Positions 46,912 through 57,702 of a stretch of DNA of 58,897 nt are shown here, one piece after another; position 1 is the stretch's first letter; every line of letters starts with the position of its first letter. The notes beneath the pieces are model-generated. The model was not told where the DNA came from and ran no database searches. It saw nothing but the letters and a program-made list of their open reading frames with translations. Position numbers and translations under genes: made by a program. The stretch comes from an uncultured SAR86 cluster bacterium (GTDB lineage: Bacteria > Pseudomonadota > Gammaproteobacteria > Magnimaribacterales > D2472). Where the stretch lies: contig CACMYW010000002.1 of NCBI GenBank assembly GCA_902617955.1, forward strand, positions 1 to 58,897. Direction: 5' to 3'.

Positions 46912-48375
46912 CTAGCTTCTTTGATAATTTGGAGCTTCTTTAGTGATCATGACGTCGTGAACATGACTTTCCATCATGCCAGCATTAGTTACCTCGATGA
47001 ATTCTGTATCAGTTTGCATCGATTCTATGGTTTTGCATCCAACGTATCCCATGCTTTGACGCAATCCACCCTCAAACTGATCTAAAACTTTAACTGCAAC
47101 GCCTTTATAAGGCACCCTGCCTTCTACTCCCTCTGGAACAAGCTTTTCTGCCTCTACCTCATCTTGAGAATATCTATTTGTATCATTTCTTTCTGACATT
47201 GCACCTAAAGAACCCATTCCTCTGTATGTTTTAAAGCTTCTGCCTTGATAAAGTTCTATTTCACCCGGAGCTTCTTCTGTGCCTGCCAACATACTGCCAA
47301 GCATTACCGAAGATGCACCAGCAGCAATTGCTTTTGCTAAATCGCCTGAAAACCTAATACCCCCATCAGCAATTAGTGGAGTCATTGAATTTTTCATAGC
47401 ATGTTTAATAGATAATATTGCTGTAATTTGAGGGACACCAATTCCTGCGATAATTCTAGTGGTGCATATAGAACCAGGACCCATACCTATCTTGATTGCA
47501 TCTGCTCCAGCCTCATCCAAAGCGACTGCACCATCAGGTGTTGCAACATTTCCAGCAATCACTTGAACATCTTTAAAGTTACTTTTTAGCAGTTTGATAG
47601 TTTCAATAACATTCTTTGAGTGGCCATGAGCTGAATCGACAACAAATACATCTACGCCCATTTCATTGAGGGCTTCGGCCCTATCAAATGTATCAGCACC
47701 GGTTCCTAGGGCAGCAGCAACTAGTAATTGTCCAGAGTTATCTTTTGTTGCTAACGGAAACTCAGCAGACTTATCTATGTCCTTCATGGTAACTAGTCCA
47801 GAAAGACTGCCAGCTTTATCCAGTACTAATACCTTTTCAATGCGGTTCTGATACATTAATTTTTTCACTTCATCTTGATTAGTTCCCTCATCAACAGTAA
47901 TTAACCTATCAAGTGGAGTCATGATAGAACTAACAGATTCATTTAAATTATCTGCATACCTAAAATCTCTAGAAGTAACTATGCCTTTTAAAATTCCATC
48001 ATCAACAACTGGCATGCCTGAGATATTGAGTTCACTTGTAAGCTTAACTAGGTCTTCGATTAATTCAGTTGACTCAATCGTTATCGGATCTTTAACAATT
48101 CCACTCTCATATTTCTTGACTGTTCGAACATGGGTTGCTTGATCTTCAATAGTATTGTTTTTATGAATAACTCCAATACCCCCGCTTTCAGCCATAGCAA
48201 TTGCCATTCTTGATTCAGTTACTGTATCCATTGCGGCTGAAATTATTGGCAAATTTAAAGATATTTCTCTAGTAAGGTTTGTTCTTAAAGAGGCTTCTTT
48301 TGGGACAAAATCAGAGTATCTTGGTAACAGCAAGACATCATCATATGTTAGAGCTTTGAATTTGATCTTTCCCAT
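46912..48375 (-). CDS. guaB: IMP dehydrogenase
   Basis: [11 protein letters not shown]-terminus, CBS pair, catalytic [11 protein letters not shown]-type loop ([11 protein letters not shown]) and GGIRFSGD. Confidence 0.97.
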   Translation of the reverse strand: MGKIKFKALTYDDVLLLPRYSDFVPKEASLRTNLTREISLNLPIISAAMDTVTESRMAIAMAESGGIGVIHKNNTIEDQATHVRTVKKYESGIVKDPITIESTELIEDLVKLTSELNISGMPVVDDGILKGIVTSRDFRYADNLNESVSSIMTPLDRLITVDEGTNQDEVKKLMYQNRIEKVLVLDKAGSLSGLVTMKDIDKSAEFPLATKDNSGQLLVAAALGTGADTFDRAEALNEMGVDVFVVDSAHGHSKNVIETIKLLKSNFKDVQVIAGNVATPDGAVALDEAGADAIKIGMGPGSICTTRIIAGIGVPQITAILSIKHAMKNSMTPLIADGGIRFSGDLAKAIAAGASSVMLGSMLAGTEEAPGEIELYQGRSFKTYRGMGSLGAMSERNDTNRYSQDEVEAEKLVPEGVEGRVPYKGVAVKVLDQFEGGLRQSMGYVGCKTIESMQTDTEFIEVTNAGMMESHVHDVMITKEAPNYQRS

Positions 48376-48424
48376 ATGGAATTATACTTTTAGGAAAAAG
48401 AAAAAACAAAATAACTTTATGAAG

Positions 48425-48757
48425 TCATTTGGCTAGTAATTCAGTTTTGGCTGCACAAATAAAGTCATTCATATGTAAACCTTTTATCTTGTGTGACCAC
48501 CATTGGACTCTTACAGAACCCCATTCTAATAAAATTGCCGGATGGTGATCTTCGTCTTCAGCTAATTTCGCGATGTCCATGGAAAACTTGACAGAGTCAT
48601 TGTAGCTATTAAATGAATAGGTTTTAGAGAGAATATTAATATTTCCAAAAATAATTTCCCAACCATCAAGATCTTTCAAAAGTTCAGGAAATCTTTTTTC
48701 ATCTACCAATGGAGCATCAATGGTGCATGCTTCACACTTTTGTTTTGTTAGATCCAT
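48425..48757 (-). CDS. phhB: 4a-hydroxytetrahydrobiopterin (pterin-4a-carbinolamine) dehydratase
   Basis: 110 aa with the EDHHP motif followed by ...VQWWSH. Confidence 0.85.
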   Translation of the reverse strand: MDLTKQKCEACTIDAPLVDEKRFPELLKDLDGWEIIFGNINILSKTYSFNSYNDSVKFSMDIAKLAEDEDHHPAILLEWGSVRVQWWSHKIKGLHMNDFICAAKTELLAK

Positions 48758-48760
48758 AAA

Positions 48761-50146
48761 TTAAATACCACCTTTGGTTAGCTTTTTTGGATCTAGTATT
48801 GATTTTAATTTTTTAATTGATATCCCTGTCTCTTCATGTGCAACTTCAATTATAGGTCTGTTCTCTTTATATGCTTTTTTAGCAATCAAAGCAGCCTTTT
48901 CATAGCCAATTTCTCTATTGAGAGCAGTAACTAAAATAGGATTTTTAGATAATTGTTTTTCAATATTGTTTTTATTGACCTTAAAGGTTTTGATTCCTTT
49001 TGAAGCCAATAAAGCACATGAGTTAGCTGCAAGAGTAATACTTTTAAGTAAGTTATATGCAATGACAGGCAACATGACATTCAATTGAAAGTTTCCGGCT
49101 TGGTTTGCATAAGACACAGTCAAATCATTTCCTAATATATCAGCAGAAGCCATCATTACCGATTCACTTACAACAGGATTAACCTTTCCAGGCATGATAC
49201 TACTTCCAGGTTGAAGAGCCTGAAGTTCAATTTCACCTAAACCAGTTAAAGGGCCGCTATTCATCCATCGCAAGTCATTTGAAATTTTTAAAAGTACTAA
49301 TGCCAAGTTTTTTACTGCACTGGAAATATTTGTAGGAGCATCTTGACTGCTAAGAGATTTAAAATAGTTTCTTGATGGCTTAAATTTCATCTTTGTTAGT
49401 TTTGAGACCTCATTAGCAAAAATGTTTCCAAAATCTTTTGGCGCATTGATCCCAGTCCCTATTGCTGTGCCCCCCTGAGGCAATGATTTTAAGCCTTCAG
49501 TTGCAAGCTTAATTTGTTTATATTGGTCACCTAATTGAGCGGCCCAACCTGATAGCTCTTGAGCCATGTCGATGGGCATAGCATCCATAAGATGAGTTCT
49601 TCCAGTTTTAACAATACCCTTAACATTAGATTCTTTAGACTTTATTTGTTTTATAAGGTTTTGAAGGGATGGTAATAATAGCTTTTCAACATCAAGCAAA
49701 GCAGAAATATGAATTGCTGTTGGAATAACGTCATTGCTGCTTTGACTCATGTTCACATCATCATTAGGATGAATTGATGATTTGCCTTTTCTTGATGCAA
49801 TTGTTGCCATGACTTCATTTGCATTCATATTTGTGCTTGTTCCTGAGCCTGTTTGGAAAATATCTAATGGAAATTGATCATCATGCTTGCCATCAATAAC
49901 CTCTTTAGCAGCGAACTTTATATGCTTTGCTTTGTTTGATGGTAGTAATTTTAATTTGGCATTAGAGCTAGCAGCAGCGTGCTTAATTATGCCTAGCGCT
50001 TCAATAAAAGATCTTCCAAAAGGAAATGCAAACTTAATTCCACTGATTTTGAAATTATCTAGTGCTCTTTGCGTTTGAGCACCCCAAAGTGCGGTTGATG
50101 GCACTTTAACTTCACCAAGAGAGTCTTTTTCTATTCTATATTTCAT
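48761..50146 (-). CDS. fumC: class II fumarate hydratase
   Basis: N-terminal EKDSLGEVKVPSTALWGAQTQRA and the GSSIMPGKVNP signature. 461 aa. Confidence 0.88.
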   Translation of the reverse strand: MKYRIEKDSLGEVKVPSTALWGAQTQRALDNFKISGIKFAFPFGRSFIEALGIIKHAAASSNAKLKLLPSNKAKHIKFAAKEVIDGKHDDQFPLDIFQTGSGTSTNMNANEVMATIASRKGKSSIHPNDDVNMSQSSNDVIPTAIHISALLDVEKLLLPSLQNLIKQIKSKESNVKGIVKTGRTHLMDAMPIDMAQELSGWAAQLGDQYKQIKLATEGLKSLPQGGTAIGTGINAPKDFGNIFANEVSKLTKMKFKPSRNYFKSLSSQDAPTNISSAVKNLALVLLKISNDLRWMNSGPLTGLGEIELQALQPGSSIMPGKVNPVVSESVMMASADILGNDLTVSYANQAGNFQLNVMLPVIAYNLLKSITLAANSCALLASKGIKTFKVNKNNIEKQLSKNPILVTALNREIGYEKAALIAKKAYKENRPIIEVAHEETGISIKKLKSILDPKKLTKGGI

Positions 50147-50193
50147 ATCCGCCTCGATTTGGTTAAACTATTTTACACTCTGGAGAAAGAATT

Positions 50194-51003
50194 ATGGCAA
50201 AAGTTTCACCATTAAGAATTGATACTAAATTAGGAAAATTACCCTTAAAAGATAAAGGGCTTGAGATAATTGAATTTGAATCTCCGGCAGAGTTGAGACG
50301 AAACCAGCTTGAAAAACTAGTCGCTGGGTTTAGATTATTTTCCTATTTTGGCTATGACGAAGGAGTTGCTGGACATATTACTTTCAGAGATCCCGAATTT
50401 AGTGATCATTTCTGGGTGAATCCTTTAGGAGTTCACTTCAGTCAAATTAAAATATCAGATCTATTACTTGTAAACCATGATGGTGAAGTTGTTCAAGGTA
50501 GTAAGCCTGTGAACGTTGCTGCCTTTGCAATACATTCGAGACTTCATAAAGCCAGACCAGATGTTAATGCCGCAGCTCATTCTCATTCAATGTATGGAAG
50601 AACGTTTTCATCTCTTGGCAAGTTTCTTGACCCAATCACTCAAGATTCATGTGCTTTTTATGAAAGACAAGCAATTTATGATGATTTTTCTGGTGTGGTA
50701 GAAGAAACTGAGGAAGGGGATAGAATTGCAAATTCCCTTGGAGATAAGCAAGTAATTATCCTTAAGAATCACGGAATTTTGGCCACTGGTAGTTCTGTAG
50801 ATATTGCGCTTTGGTACTTTTTATCTATGGAAAAATGCTGTCAGTCACAGCTAATGGCAGAAGCAGCAGGAAAGCCAACTTTGATTCCTCATGAAGTGGC
50901 AATTAAAACAAGAGGTTTTATTGCTAACGACGTTGCACTATGGGCTAGCTTTCAACCTTTGTTTGATATGATTGTCAACGAGCAGCCTGATCTCTTAGAT
51001 TAA
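50194..51003 (+). CDS. class II aldolase/adducin domain protein
   Basis: GHITFRDP and AAAHSHSMYG metal-binding His cluster. 269 aa. Confidence 0.75.
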   Translation: MAKVSPLRIDTKLGKLPLKDKGLEIIEFESPAELRRNQLEKLVAGFRLFSYFGYDEGVAGHITFRDPEFSDHFWVNPLGVHFSQIKISDLLLVNHDGEVVQGSKPVNVAAFAIHSRLHKARPDVNAAAHSHSMYGRTFSSLGKFLDPITQDSCAFYERQAIYDDFSGVVEETEEGDRIANSLGDKQVIILKNHGILATGSSVDIALWYFLSMEKCCQSQLMAEAAGKPTLIPHEVAIKTRGFIANDVALWASFQPLFDMIVNEQPDLLD

Positions 51004-52424
51004 CTTCCAATAATAGCTTTTGTTTCAAGGCACTCAACAAGGCCTAGTCTACCATGCTCTCTTCCATTCCCAGAGGTTTTAAACCCTCCAAATGGTGCTG
51101 CCGGTCCAGCATTTGAACCGCCATTAATAGCAATTTGTCCTGCTCTTATTTTTGTTGCAACTTCTTTTGCATGATCAAAATTCTCAGACTGAACGTACCC
51201 CGCTAATCCATATGGAGTGTCGTTTGCTATGTTAACTGCTTCATCTTCAGTTTCATAGGAAAGCATACACAAGACTGGACCAAAGATCTCCTCTCTGGCT
51301 ATTGTCATATCATTTGTAACATTTGAAAAAATTGTTGGTTTTACAAAGAATCCATTCTCAAATCCTTCAGGTAAATCAGTCCCACCACAAACAAGAGTTG
51401 CTCCTTCTTCAATACCAATATCAATAAGTCTTTTGACTTTTTCATATTGAGATCTATTAGAAATAGGGCCGATTCTTACTCCTTCATCATTTGGTTTCCC
51501 AACAACAATAGAATTAGCTACGTTTTTAGCAATTTCAACTGCCTCCTTATATTGTGAAGAATGCACCAACATTCTAGTAGGAGCATTACATGATTGTCCT
51601 GTGTTTAAAAAACAATGATTTGCACCTGCAGCTACTGCCTTTTCAAGATTTGCATCTTTGAGAATAATATTTGCTGATTTTCCACCTAACTCTTGAGCCA
51701 CCCTCTTGACAGTCGGAGCAGATGCTTGAGCAACGGCTACTCCAGCTCTGGTTGATCCTGTAAAGTGCATCATATCCACATCAGGATGCTCAGATAAAGC
51801 TGCACCAACAACAGGCCCATATCCATGAACTAAATTAAAGACTCCATTAGGTAGATTAGATTTATCTAAGATTTCGGTTAGCATTACTGCACAGAAAGGG
51901 GTTATTTCGCTTGGTTTAAGAACCATAGTGCAGCCAGCTGCCAATGCTGAAGCAATTTTTGTGCACATTTGATTCATAGGCCAATTCCATGGAGTAATCA
52001 TTCCAACAACACCAATTGGTTCTTTTCTGACTAAGTAATGGTCTTCATTTGACTCAAATTCAAAGTCTTTTAAGACCGCTAAGGTATCTTTAAAGTGCCC
52101 TAAGCCAGATGCAACTTGCGCGACTTGAGAAAGCCACAGTGGTGCACCCATCTCTTCAGATATGCATAATGCTAAATCCTCAGCTGATGCCTCATAGTTT
52201 TTTATGATTTCTTCTAAAATTGCAATCCTATCTTCCTTTGATGTAAACCCAAAGGATTGAAATGCATTTTTTGCTGCAGCTACTGCAAGATCTATATCTT
52301 CTGTTGTGCCTGCAGAAATGGAACCAATGACCTCTTCAGTTGATGGATTTTCAATCTCTATTAGCTCATTTGAAGATGAATTAATCCATTCACCATTTAT
52401 GTAGAATCTATGCTCTTTTTTCAT
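51000..52424 (-). CDS. NAD(P)-dependent aldehyde dehydrogenase
   Basis: ELGGKSANII (catalytic Glu) and NTGQSCNAPTR (catalytic Cys). 474 aa. Confidence 0.92.
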   Translation of the reverse strand: MKKEHRFYINGEWINSSSNELIEIENPSTEEVIGSISAGTTEDIDLAVAAAKNAFQSFGFTSKEDRIAILEEIIKNYEASAEDLALCISEEMGAPLWLSQVAQVASGLGHFKDTLAVLKDFEFESNEDHYLVRKEPIGVVGMITPWNWPMNQMCTKIASALAAGCTMVLKPSEITPFCAVMLTEILDKSNLPNGVFNLVHGYGPVVGAALSEHPDVDMMHFTGSTRAGVAVAQASAPTVKRVAQELGGKSANIILKDANLEKAVAAGANHCFLNTGQSCNAPTRMLVHSSQYKEAVEIAKNVANSIVVGKPNDEGVRIGPISNRSQYEKVKRLIDIGIEEGATLVCGGTDLPEGFENGFFVKPTIFSNVTNDMTIAREEIFGPVLCMLSYETEDEAVNIANDTPYGLAGYVQSENFDHAKEVATKIRAGQIAINGGSNAGPAAPFGGFKTSGNGREHGRLGLVECLETKAIIGS

Positions 52425-52514
52425 GTAATTTTCCCTATTTTTGAATAAAGATTATACATAAACACTAATGATTATTGATAATATTTATTTATAAAATAAG
52501 TAATAGTTATATTG

Positions 52515-53924
52515 TTATTTGTTAGCCTTAAATACTTCGATAGCTCTTAATCTTGAAGATTTAAGATCTACAATTTGATCAGGATAATCGATTTCAAAAA
52601 GGTTTTCAGGTGATGGCAGATGAATTTCTTTATTATTAAGTGAAGCCAATTGTGGCAAGTATTTTTTGATAAATTCCCCACTTGGATCAAAATTTTGTGA
52701 TTGAGTGACTGGGTTAAATATTCTAAAGTATGGTGCAGCATCGGTTCCAGTTGAAGCACTCCACTGCCAACCTCCATTATTAGAGGCAAAGTCGCCATCA
52801 ATTAGGTTCTCCATAAAAAAAGCTTCGCCAATGCGCCAATCATGAAGTAAATTCTTTGTAAAAAACATTGCCACTACCATTCTTAACCTATTATGCATCC
52901 AGCCTTCATACTTAAGCTGAAGCATGGCAGCATCAATTAATGGAAATCCTGTTTTACCATCTTTCCATGCTTTAATCTCCACTTCATTATGCCTCCACTG
53001 AATTGATGTAGTAGACATATTAAAAGGCTTATTCATACTTACCCTTGGAAAGGAATGCATGATATTTTTATAAAACTCTCTCCAAATAATTTCATCAATC
53101 CATTTACAGACTCCTTTATTACCAGTCTGTAATTCAAAATTATTTAATTTAAGAGCTTCTAATAAACAACGCCGATTTGAAATGGCACCTATAGCTAGAT
53201 ATGGAGACATCCTACTGGTTCCATCAAGGATCGGATCATTTCTGTCTTTAGAGTAGTGAAATACTTTTTTACTTAGAAAACTTTTTAGTCTGGTTTCAGC
53301 AGCAAGCTCTCCTGGAGGCCACAAGTCCATACCTACAGCATGAGTTTTCGTAAATGAAATTTCTTCACTAAGGGTATTAATTACCTTAAATGGTTCTTTT
53401 ATGCGGATATCAGTTTCTATTTCCAAATGATCCAGTGAAAAGGTCTCAATCCATTTCTTCTTAAAAGGAGTAAAGACTGAAAAAGGATTCCCCTGACCAG
53501 TAAGAAGTGTTCCAGGTTTAAATAAAGTTTGGTCATCAAAACTCTGATATTCTATTTCTAAACTTTTGAGTCTAGACTCAACATTTTTGTCTCTTCTTTC
53601 TTCATCAACACCAAACTCATTGTTCCAATAACATTTTTTAATATTATTAGAACTGCACAACTTGGAAATTATAATTGGGATTTCATCAAAGCTTGTTGCG
53701 CATGCAGAGATTAATGGTATGTTCAACTTTTTAAGATCTCCTGACAAACTCTTTAAGTTTCTAAGAATGAAGTCTAGCTTTACGTTAGCATTATTGTGTA
53801 TTTTCCACTCTTTATCTGCTAGTAAATATATGCAGACTAGCTTTTTACATTCAACGCTAGCCATGCTTAAAGCAGGATTATCATCAATTCTTAAATCAGA
53901 TCTTAGCCAGACTAATCCATTCAT
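52515..53924 (-). CDS. phrB: deoxyribodipyrimidine photolyase (CPD class I type)
   Basis: LVWLRSDLRIDDNPAL N-terminus and the FAD-binding C-terminal motifs WREFY and DGDFASNNGGWQW. Confidence 0.92.
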   Translation of the reverse strand: MNGLVWLRSDLRIDDNPALSMASVECKKLVCIYLLADKEWKIHNNANVKLDFILRNLKSLSGDLKKLNIPLISACATSFDEIPIIISKLCSSNNIKKCYWNNEFGVDEERRDKNVESRLKSLEIEYQSFDDQTLFKPGTLLTGQGNPFSVFTPFKKKWIETFSLDHLEIETDIRIKEPFKVINTLSEEISFTKTHAVGMDLWPPGELAAETRLKSFLSKKVFHYSKDRNDPILDGTSRMSPYLAIGAISNRRCLLEALKLNNFELQTGNKGVCKWIDEIIWREFYKNIMHSFPRVSMNKPFNMSTTSIQWRHNEVEIKAWKDGKTGFPLIDAAMLQLKYEGWMHNRLRMVVAMFFTKNLLHDWRIGEAFFMENLIDGDFASNNGGWQWSASTGTDAAPYFRIFNPVTQSQNFDPSGEFIKKYLPQLASLNNKEIHLPSPENLFEIDYPDQIVDLKSSRLRAIEVFKANK

Positions 53925-54667
53925 TCTTGAGTTACTTTTCCATTTGTAAATTTTGCATCTACACGAAAATCATTTTTTATTTCTGACAAACTTGCAAAAC
54001 CGCCTGCCTCTTCAACTATTATTGCTCCAGCAGCTACATCCCATATGAAAGTTCCATTTTCTTCATAACAGTCTGCCTTGCCTATAGCAACAAATAAGTT
54101 TGCTATTGCTGCGGAGCCTATCATTCTTATTTTTTTCCATGATTGAAAAAGATTTATGATTGCTGAGAATTCTTCATCTGTATAGTTGGATTTTGCTGGG
54201 ATTCCGGTCATGATGGTCCCATCTTTAGCATTAGTAATATTTGATACTGATAATTTTTGTTCATTGCAGAAAGATCCATGGCTTTTTGCTGCATAGTAAA
54301 GGTCATCATTCATAAAATCATATATAACACCCAGTAAAGGTTTCTTATCTTTCATGAGTGCAATTGATACAGCACATAAAGGTATTTTTCTAAAATAATT
54401 TGAGGTTCCATCAAGCGGATCTACTATCCAATATTTTTCCCCTAAATCATCAGTTTTTCCTGATTCTTCAGATAATATTGGAAGGTTTGATTCGCTCCTT
54501 ATAGTATTGAGTATTAAGTTCTCTGATTCTGAATCTATTGCAAGCTTAATATCTCTTCCATCATCAAATGTCTTTATGTGCGGATTATTGAAATTACTTT
54601 TTAAAAATAAGCCTGCCTCTAAGGCAGATCTTTTAGCTAAATCAAGTAGCTTCCTGAGATCTTGCAT
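53921..54667 (-). CDS. inositol monophosphatase family protein
   Basis: WIVDPLDGTSNY and WDVAAGAIIVEEAGG motifs. Confidence 0.88.
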   Translation of the reverse strand: MQDLRKLLDLAKRSALEAGLFLKSNFNNPHIKTFDDGRDIKLAIDSESENLILNTIRSESNLPILSEESGKTDDLGEKYWIVDPLDGTSNYFRKIPLCAVSIALMKDKKPLLGVIYDFMNDDLYYAAKSHGSFCNEQKLSVSNITNAKDGTIMTGIPAKSNYTDEEFSAIINLFQSWKKIRMIGSAAIANLFVAIGKADCYEENGTFIWDVAAGAIIVEEAGGFASLSEIKNDFRVDAKFTNGKVTQE

Positions 54668-54676
54668 AAAAAGATA

Positions 54677-55783
54677 TCAGGTTTCTGAACTAATTTTATA
54701 GATGAGATTTGAATGATCATCACTCACGAGAAGTGAACCGTCTGAAAGCATAAATGGTACAGCAGGTCTTCCAAGTACTTTTTGACCATCTAGAAAACCA
54801 GTTAAGAAGTCATGAGCTGCATCAAATTCACCAGATTCATTTAGAGTTACACGGATAACTTTATAACCTACTTTGTTAGATGAGTTCCAGCTTCCATGAA
54901 GTGCTATGAAAGCATTATTAACATATTCAGTTGGAAATTGATCACCAGAGTAAAATTCCATTCCTGTTGGAGCTACATGAGCACCAAGATTGTATATTGG
55001 TTTTCTTATTTCGTAGCCATGATCATGATTCCCAAACTTTGGATCAACTACATTTTTAGCGTGTTGGTAGGGAAAACCAAAAAAATCTCCTGATTCTTCA
55101 AGAACATTAAGCTCACATGAAGGCATATTATCGCCCATCCAATCTCTTCCATTATCTGTAAAATATAACTTTTTGTTCTCAGGATGAATGTCAAAACCAA
55201 TACTATTTCTTACGCCCCGTGCTTCAATAGTCCATTTTTCCTCCTTATATCTAAGGATTGTTGCAAACCTATCGTCTTCCTTAAGACAAACATTACATGG
55301 AGCCCCAACATTTACCAGAATACTTCCATCTTCATCAACTATGATCCACTTTCTTCCATGCCAAGTTTCAGATGGAAGGTCATCGGTTACAAGCACCTTA
55401 TCAAGACTATTTTTATCAAAGCTTTCTAATTTTTCTTCAATACTATCTATACGCCATATCTTATTAATATCAGCTATATAAAGTGATCCTTCAAAATAAG
55501 CTACGCCTGATGAGTCACTAAAGTCATCAGCTATAATTTCAATATCATCAATTTCACCATTTCTGTCATGATCTTTAATTGCATAAACCTTGCCTGAACT
55601 AGATCCAACAAACACATAACCATTTTTTCCTTCAGCCATTTGCCTTGGTTTATCGACGTTATTTGCAAATATATTAATATTGAATCCATCAGGAACTTTC
55701 AAGCTTTCAATATCTGTTGAGTAAGCAACTAACGGAAAAAATAATATAGTTATAAATAATTTAATCTTCATCTGGATACCCAT
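54677..55783 (-). CDS. secreted PQQ-dependent sugar (sorbosone/glucose) dehydrogenase-like beta-propeller protein
   Basis: Signal peptide (the likely start is MKIKLF at 55771). Propeller-type repeats and the RNSIGFDIHPENKKLYFTDNGRD motif are typical of soluble aldose sugar dehydrogenases. Confidence 0.6.
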   Translation of the reverse strand: MGIQMKIKLFITILFFPLVAYSTDIESLKVPDGFNINIFANNVDKPRQMAEGKNGYVFVGSSSGKVYAIKDHDRNGEIDDIEIIADDFSDSSGVAYFEGSLYIADINKIWRIDSIEEKLESFDKNSLDKVLVTDDLPSETWHGRKWIIVDEDGSILVNVGAPCNVCLKEDDRFATILRYKEEKWTIEARGVRNSIGFDIHPENKKLYFTDNGRDWMGDNMPSCELNVLEESGDFFGFPYQHAKNVVDPKFGNHDHGYEIRKPIYNLGAHVAPTGMEFYSGDQFPTEYVNNAFIALHGSWNSSNKVGYKVIRVTLNESGEFDAAHDFLTGFLDGQKVLGRPAVPFMLSDGSLLVSDDHSNLIYKISSET

Positions 55784-57671
55784 CTACATACTTCCTTAAT
55801 AATTTTTTTATTTCTGTTATGTTATTTTTTTCAACATTGTTCGTCATTTCATATTTTAACTCTAACAACTCCTCATAAGAAATATGTGACTCATTTGATT
55901 TAAAAATTTTTTTATTAACTGTTTCTTTCTCATTGCCTGAAATAAGAAGCTCTTCATACATCTTCTCACCTTGTCTTAATCCAATCTCAATAATTTTAAT
56001 TCCATTTTCATCATCCCCCTCTGCAATACTTCTACCCGAGAGATGAATTAATCGTCTAGCAATATCAATTACTTTCATTTGTTCACCCATATCTAAAATA
56101 AATACTTCACCGCCATTTGATAGCTCACCAGCTTGTATCACAAGATTTGAAGCTTCTGGTATAGTCATAAAATATCTTTCTACCTCTTTATGAGTAATTG
56201 TCAAAGGTCCCCCAGCAGCAATCTGCTCTAAAAAGGTTGGGATAACTGAGCCGGATGAATTAATAACATTGCCAAATCTGACCATTGAAAGGCTACTCTT
56301 TTGATATTTTTCATTTAAAGCTTGAATAGATAATTCTGCAAGACGTTTTGATGCACCCATAATGTTCGTTGGCCTTACTGCCTTGTCAGTTGAAACTAAT
56401 ACAAATGAATTAATGCCTGCTTGTGCAGCTTCTTCCGCGAAGGTAAAAGTACCAAGAAAGTTGTTTTCTAAAGCAGACGATATATTTTCTTCAATTTCAA
56501 TTAATGGGACATGCTTGTAAGCTGCAGCATGAAAAATAGTATCTATGCTATGTTTTTTGAATATCCTCTTTAAAAATTTACGGTCCTTGATATCTCCAAG
56601 GATTGGAATTATTTCTATCTGAGCATTTGTATTTTTTAGTATTGCTTTAGTTTCCTCATATATTTTAAAGAGGTTAAACTCAAAATTATCAATTACATAA
56701 ATTTTTCCAACACTAGATGCAATTAGTTGTCTAACTATCTCAGAGCCAATTGATCCGCCCCCACCACTTACCAATATCTCCCTTTGAGCAAAGTTCTTAA
56801 TAACGAGCCTGTCAATAATTCTATTCGGAAGAATGTCATTTATGGATAAATTTTGTATGTCAGACATTTTCTTTGAATCAAAGACCAATTCATGAAATGC
56901 TGGAACAGTTCGAACAGCAATCCTGAGTTTTTCAAGCTTTGTAATTAATTCTCTACGTTTATGTAAATTTAAGCTGGGTATTGCCAATAGAACTGACAAA
57001 TTAGCATAAGAACTCCGTAATGACTTTAGTTTACTGAATTTAGTGTAGATTGGGATGTTATTAATTATCCTGTTAGAGAGCTCATCTGAATCATCAAAAA
57101 ATCCAATAATTTTTTTTGATTTATCAAATTGTAAAGCCTCATAAAGCTCCTTCCCTGCAGATCCTGCTCCATAAATAATTATTGGCTCTGCATTTATATC
57201 TGAGGCTTTTAAAGTAAAAAGAATATATTTTGCGAAAATTCTTATTGAGCTCAAAAATGAATATAAGACAATAGATAGCATGAAAGCTTGCAAGAGAAAT
57301 ACAAAGAAATACTCATTTAAAAAAACAGGCAAAGAAAGCAAATAGGTTATTAACCAAGAAAACCCATAAATAAAAGATCCAGTTAATGCTATAAATATTG
57401 TATCTAGGGTGTCATAGAAACGAATCATCGTTTTGTAAAAGCCAGTAAGAAATAAAAATAATAGTGAGATGATTGCCGGAATTATGACCTGATAAACTTC
57501 ATCAAAAATAATATCTAGAACTTCATTACCAAAGCCTTGTGTCATTAAAGTCGAAAGTGGGGGACCAAATATTACCCACACAAGAATCATACAAAATAAA
57601 TCTGAGGATATTACTATAAAAAGCTTTTGAGATCTGGTTAAGTTTAGTAATGCTTTAGCAATATTTTTCAT
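55761..57671 (-). CDS. membrane-anchored CapD/WbpM/PglF-type UDP-GlcNAc 4,6-dehydratase
   Basis: 4-5 N-terminal TM segments, VSGGGGSIGSEI Rossmann motif and STDKAVRPTNIMGASKRLAE. 636 aa. Confidence 0.9.
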   Translation of the reverse strand: MKNIAKALLNLTRSQKLFIVISSDLFCMILVWVIFGPPLSTLMTQGFGNEVLDIIFDEVYQVIIPAIISLLFLFLTGFYKTMIRFYDTLDTIFIALTGSFIYGFSWLITYLLSLPVFLNEYFFVFLLQAFMLSIVLYSFLSSIRIFAKYILFTLKASDINAEPIIIYGAGSAGKELYEALQFDKSKKIIGFFDDSDELSNRIINNIPIYTKFSKLKSLRSSYANLSVLLAIPSLNLHKRRELITKLEKLRIAVRTVPAFHELVFDSKKMSDIQNLSINDILPNRIIDRLVIKNFAQREILVSGGGGSIGSEIVRQLIASSVGKIYVIDNFEFNLFKIYEETKAILKNTNAQIEIIPILGDIKDRKFLKRIFKKHSIDTIFHAAAYKHVPLIEIEENISSALENNFLGTFTFAEEAAQAGINSFVLVSTDKAVRPTNIMGASKRLAELSIQALNEKYQKSSLSMVRFGNVINSSGSVIPTFLEQIAAGGPLTITHKEVERYFMTIPEASNLVIQAGELSNGGEVFILDMGEQMKVIDIARRLIHLSGRSIAEGDDENGIKIIEIGLRQGEKMYEELLISGNEKETVNKKIFKSNESHISYEELLELKYEMTNNVEKNNITEIKKLLRKYVDGYPDED

Positions 57672-57702
57672 GAGATCTTTAAGATTTTAATTTAGGCCTT
57701 CA

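Noticed and set aside
48761-50146. Aspartate ammonia-lyase as an alternative to fumarate hydratase.
   Set aside because: The N-terminal LWGAQTQRA motif and overall pattern fit FumC better than AspA. Both share the GSSxMPxKxN signature, so residual uncertainty remains.
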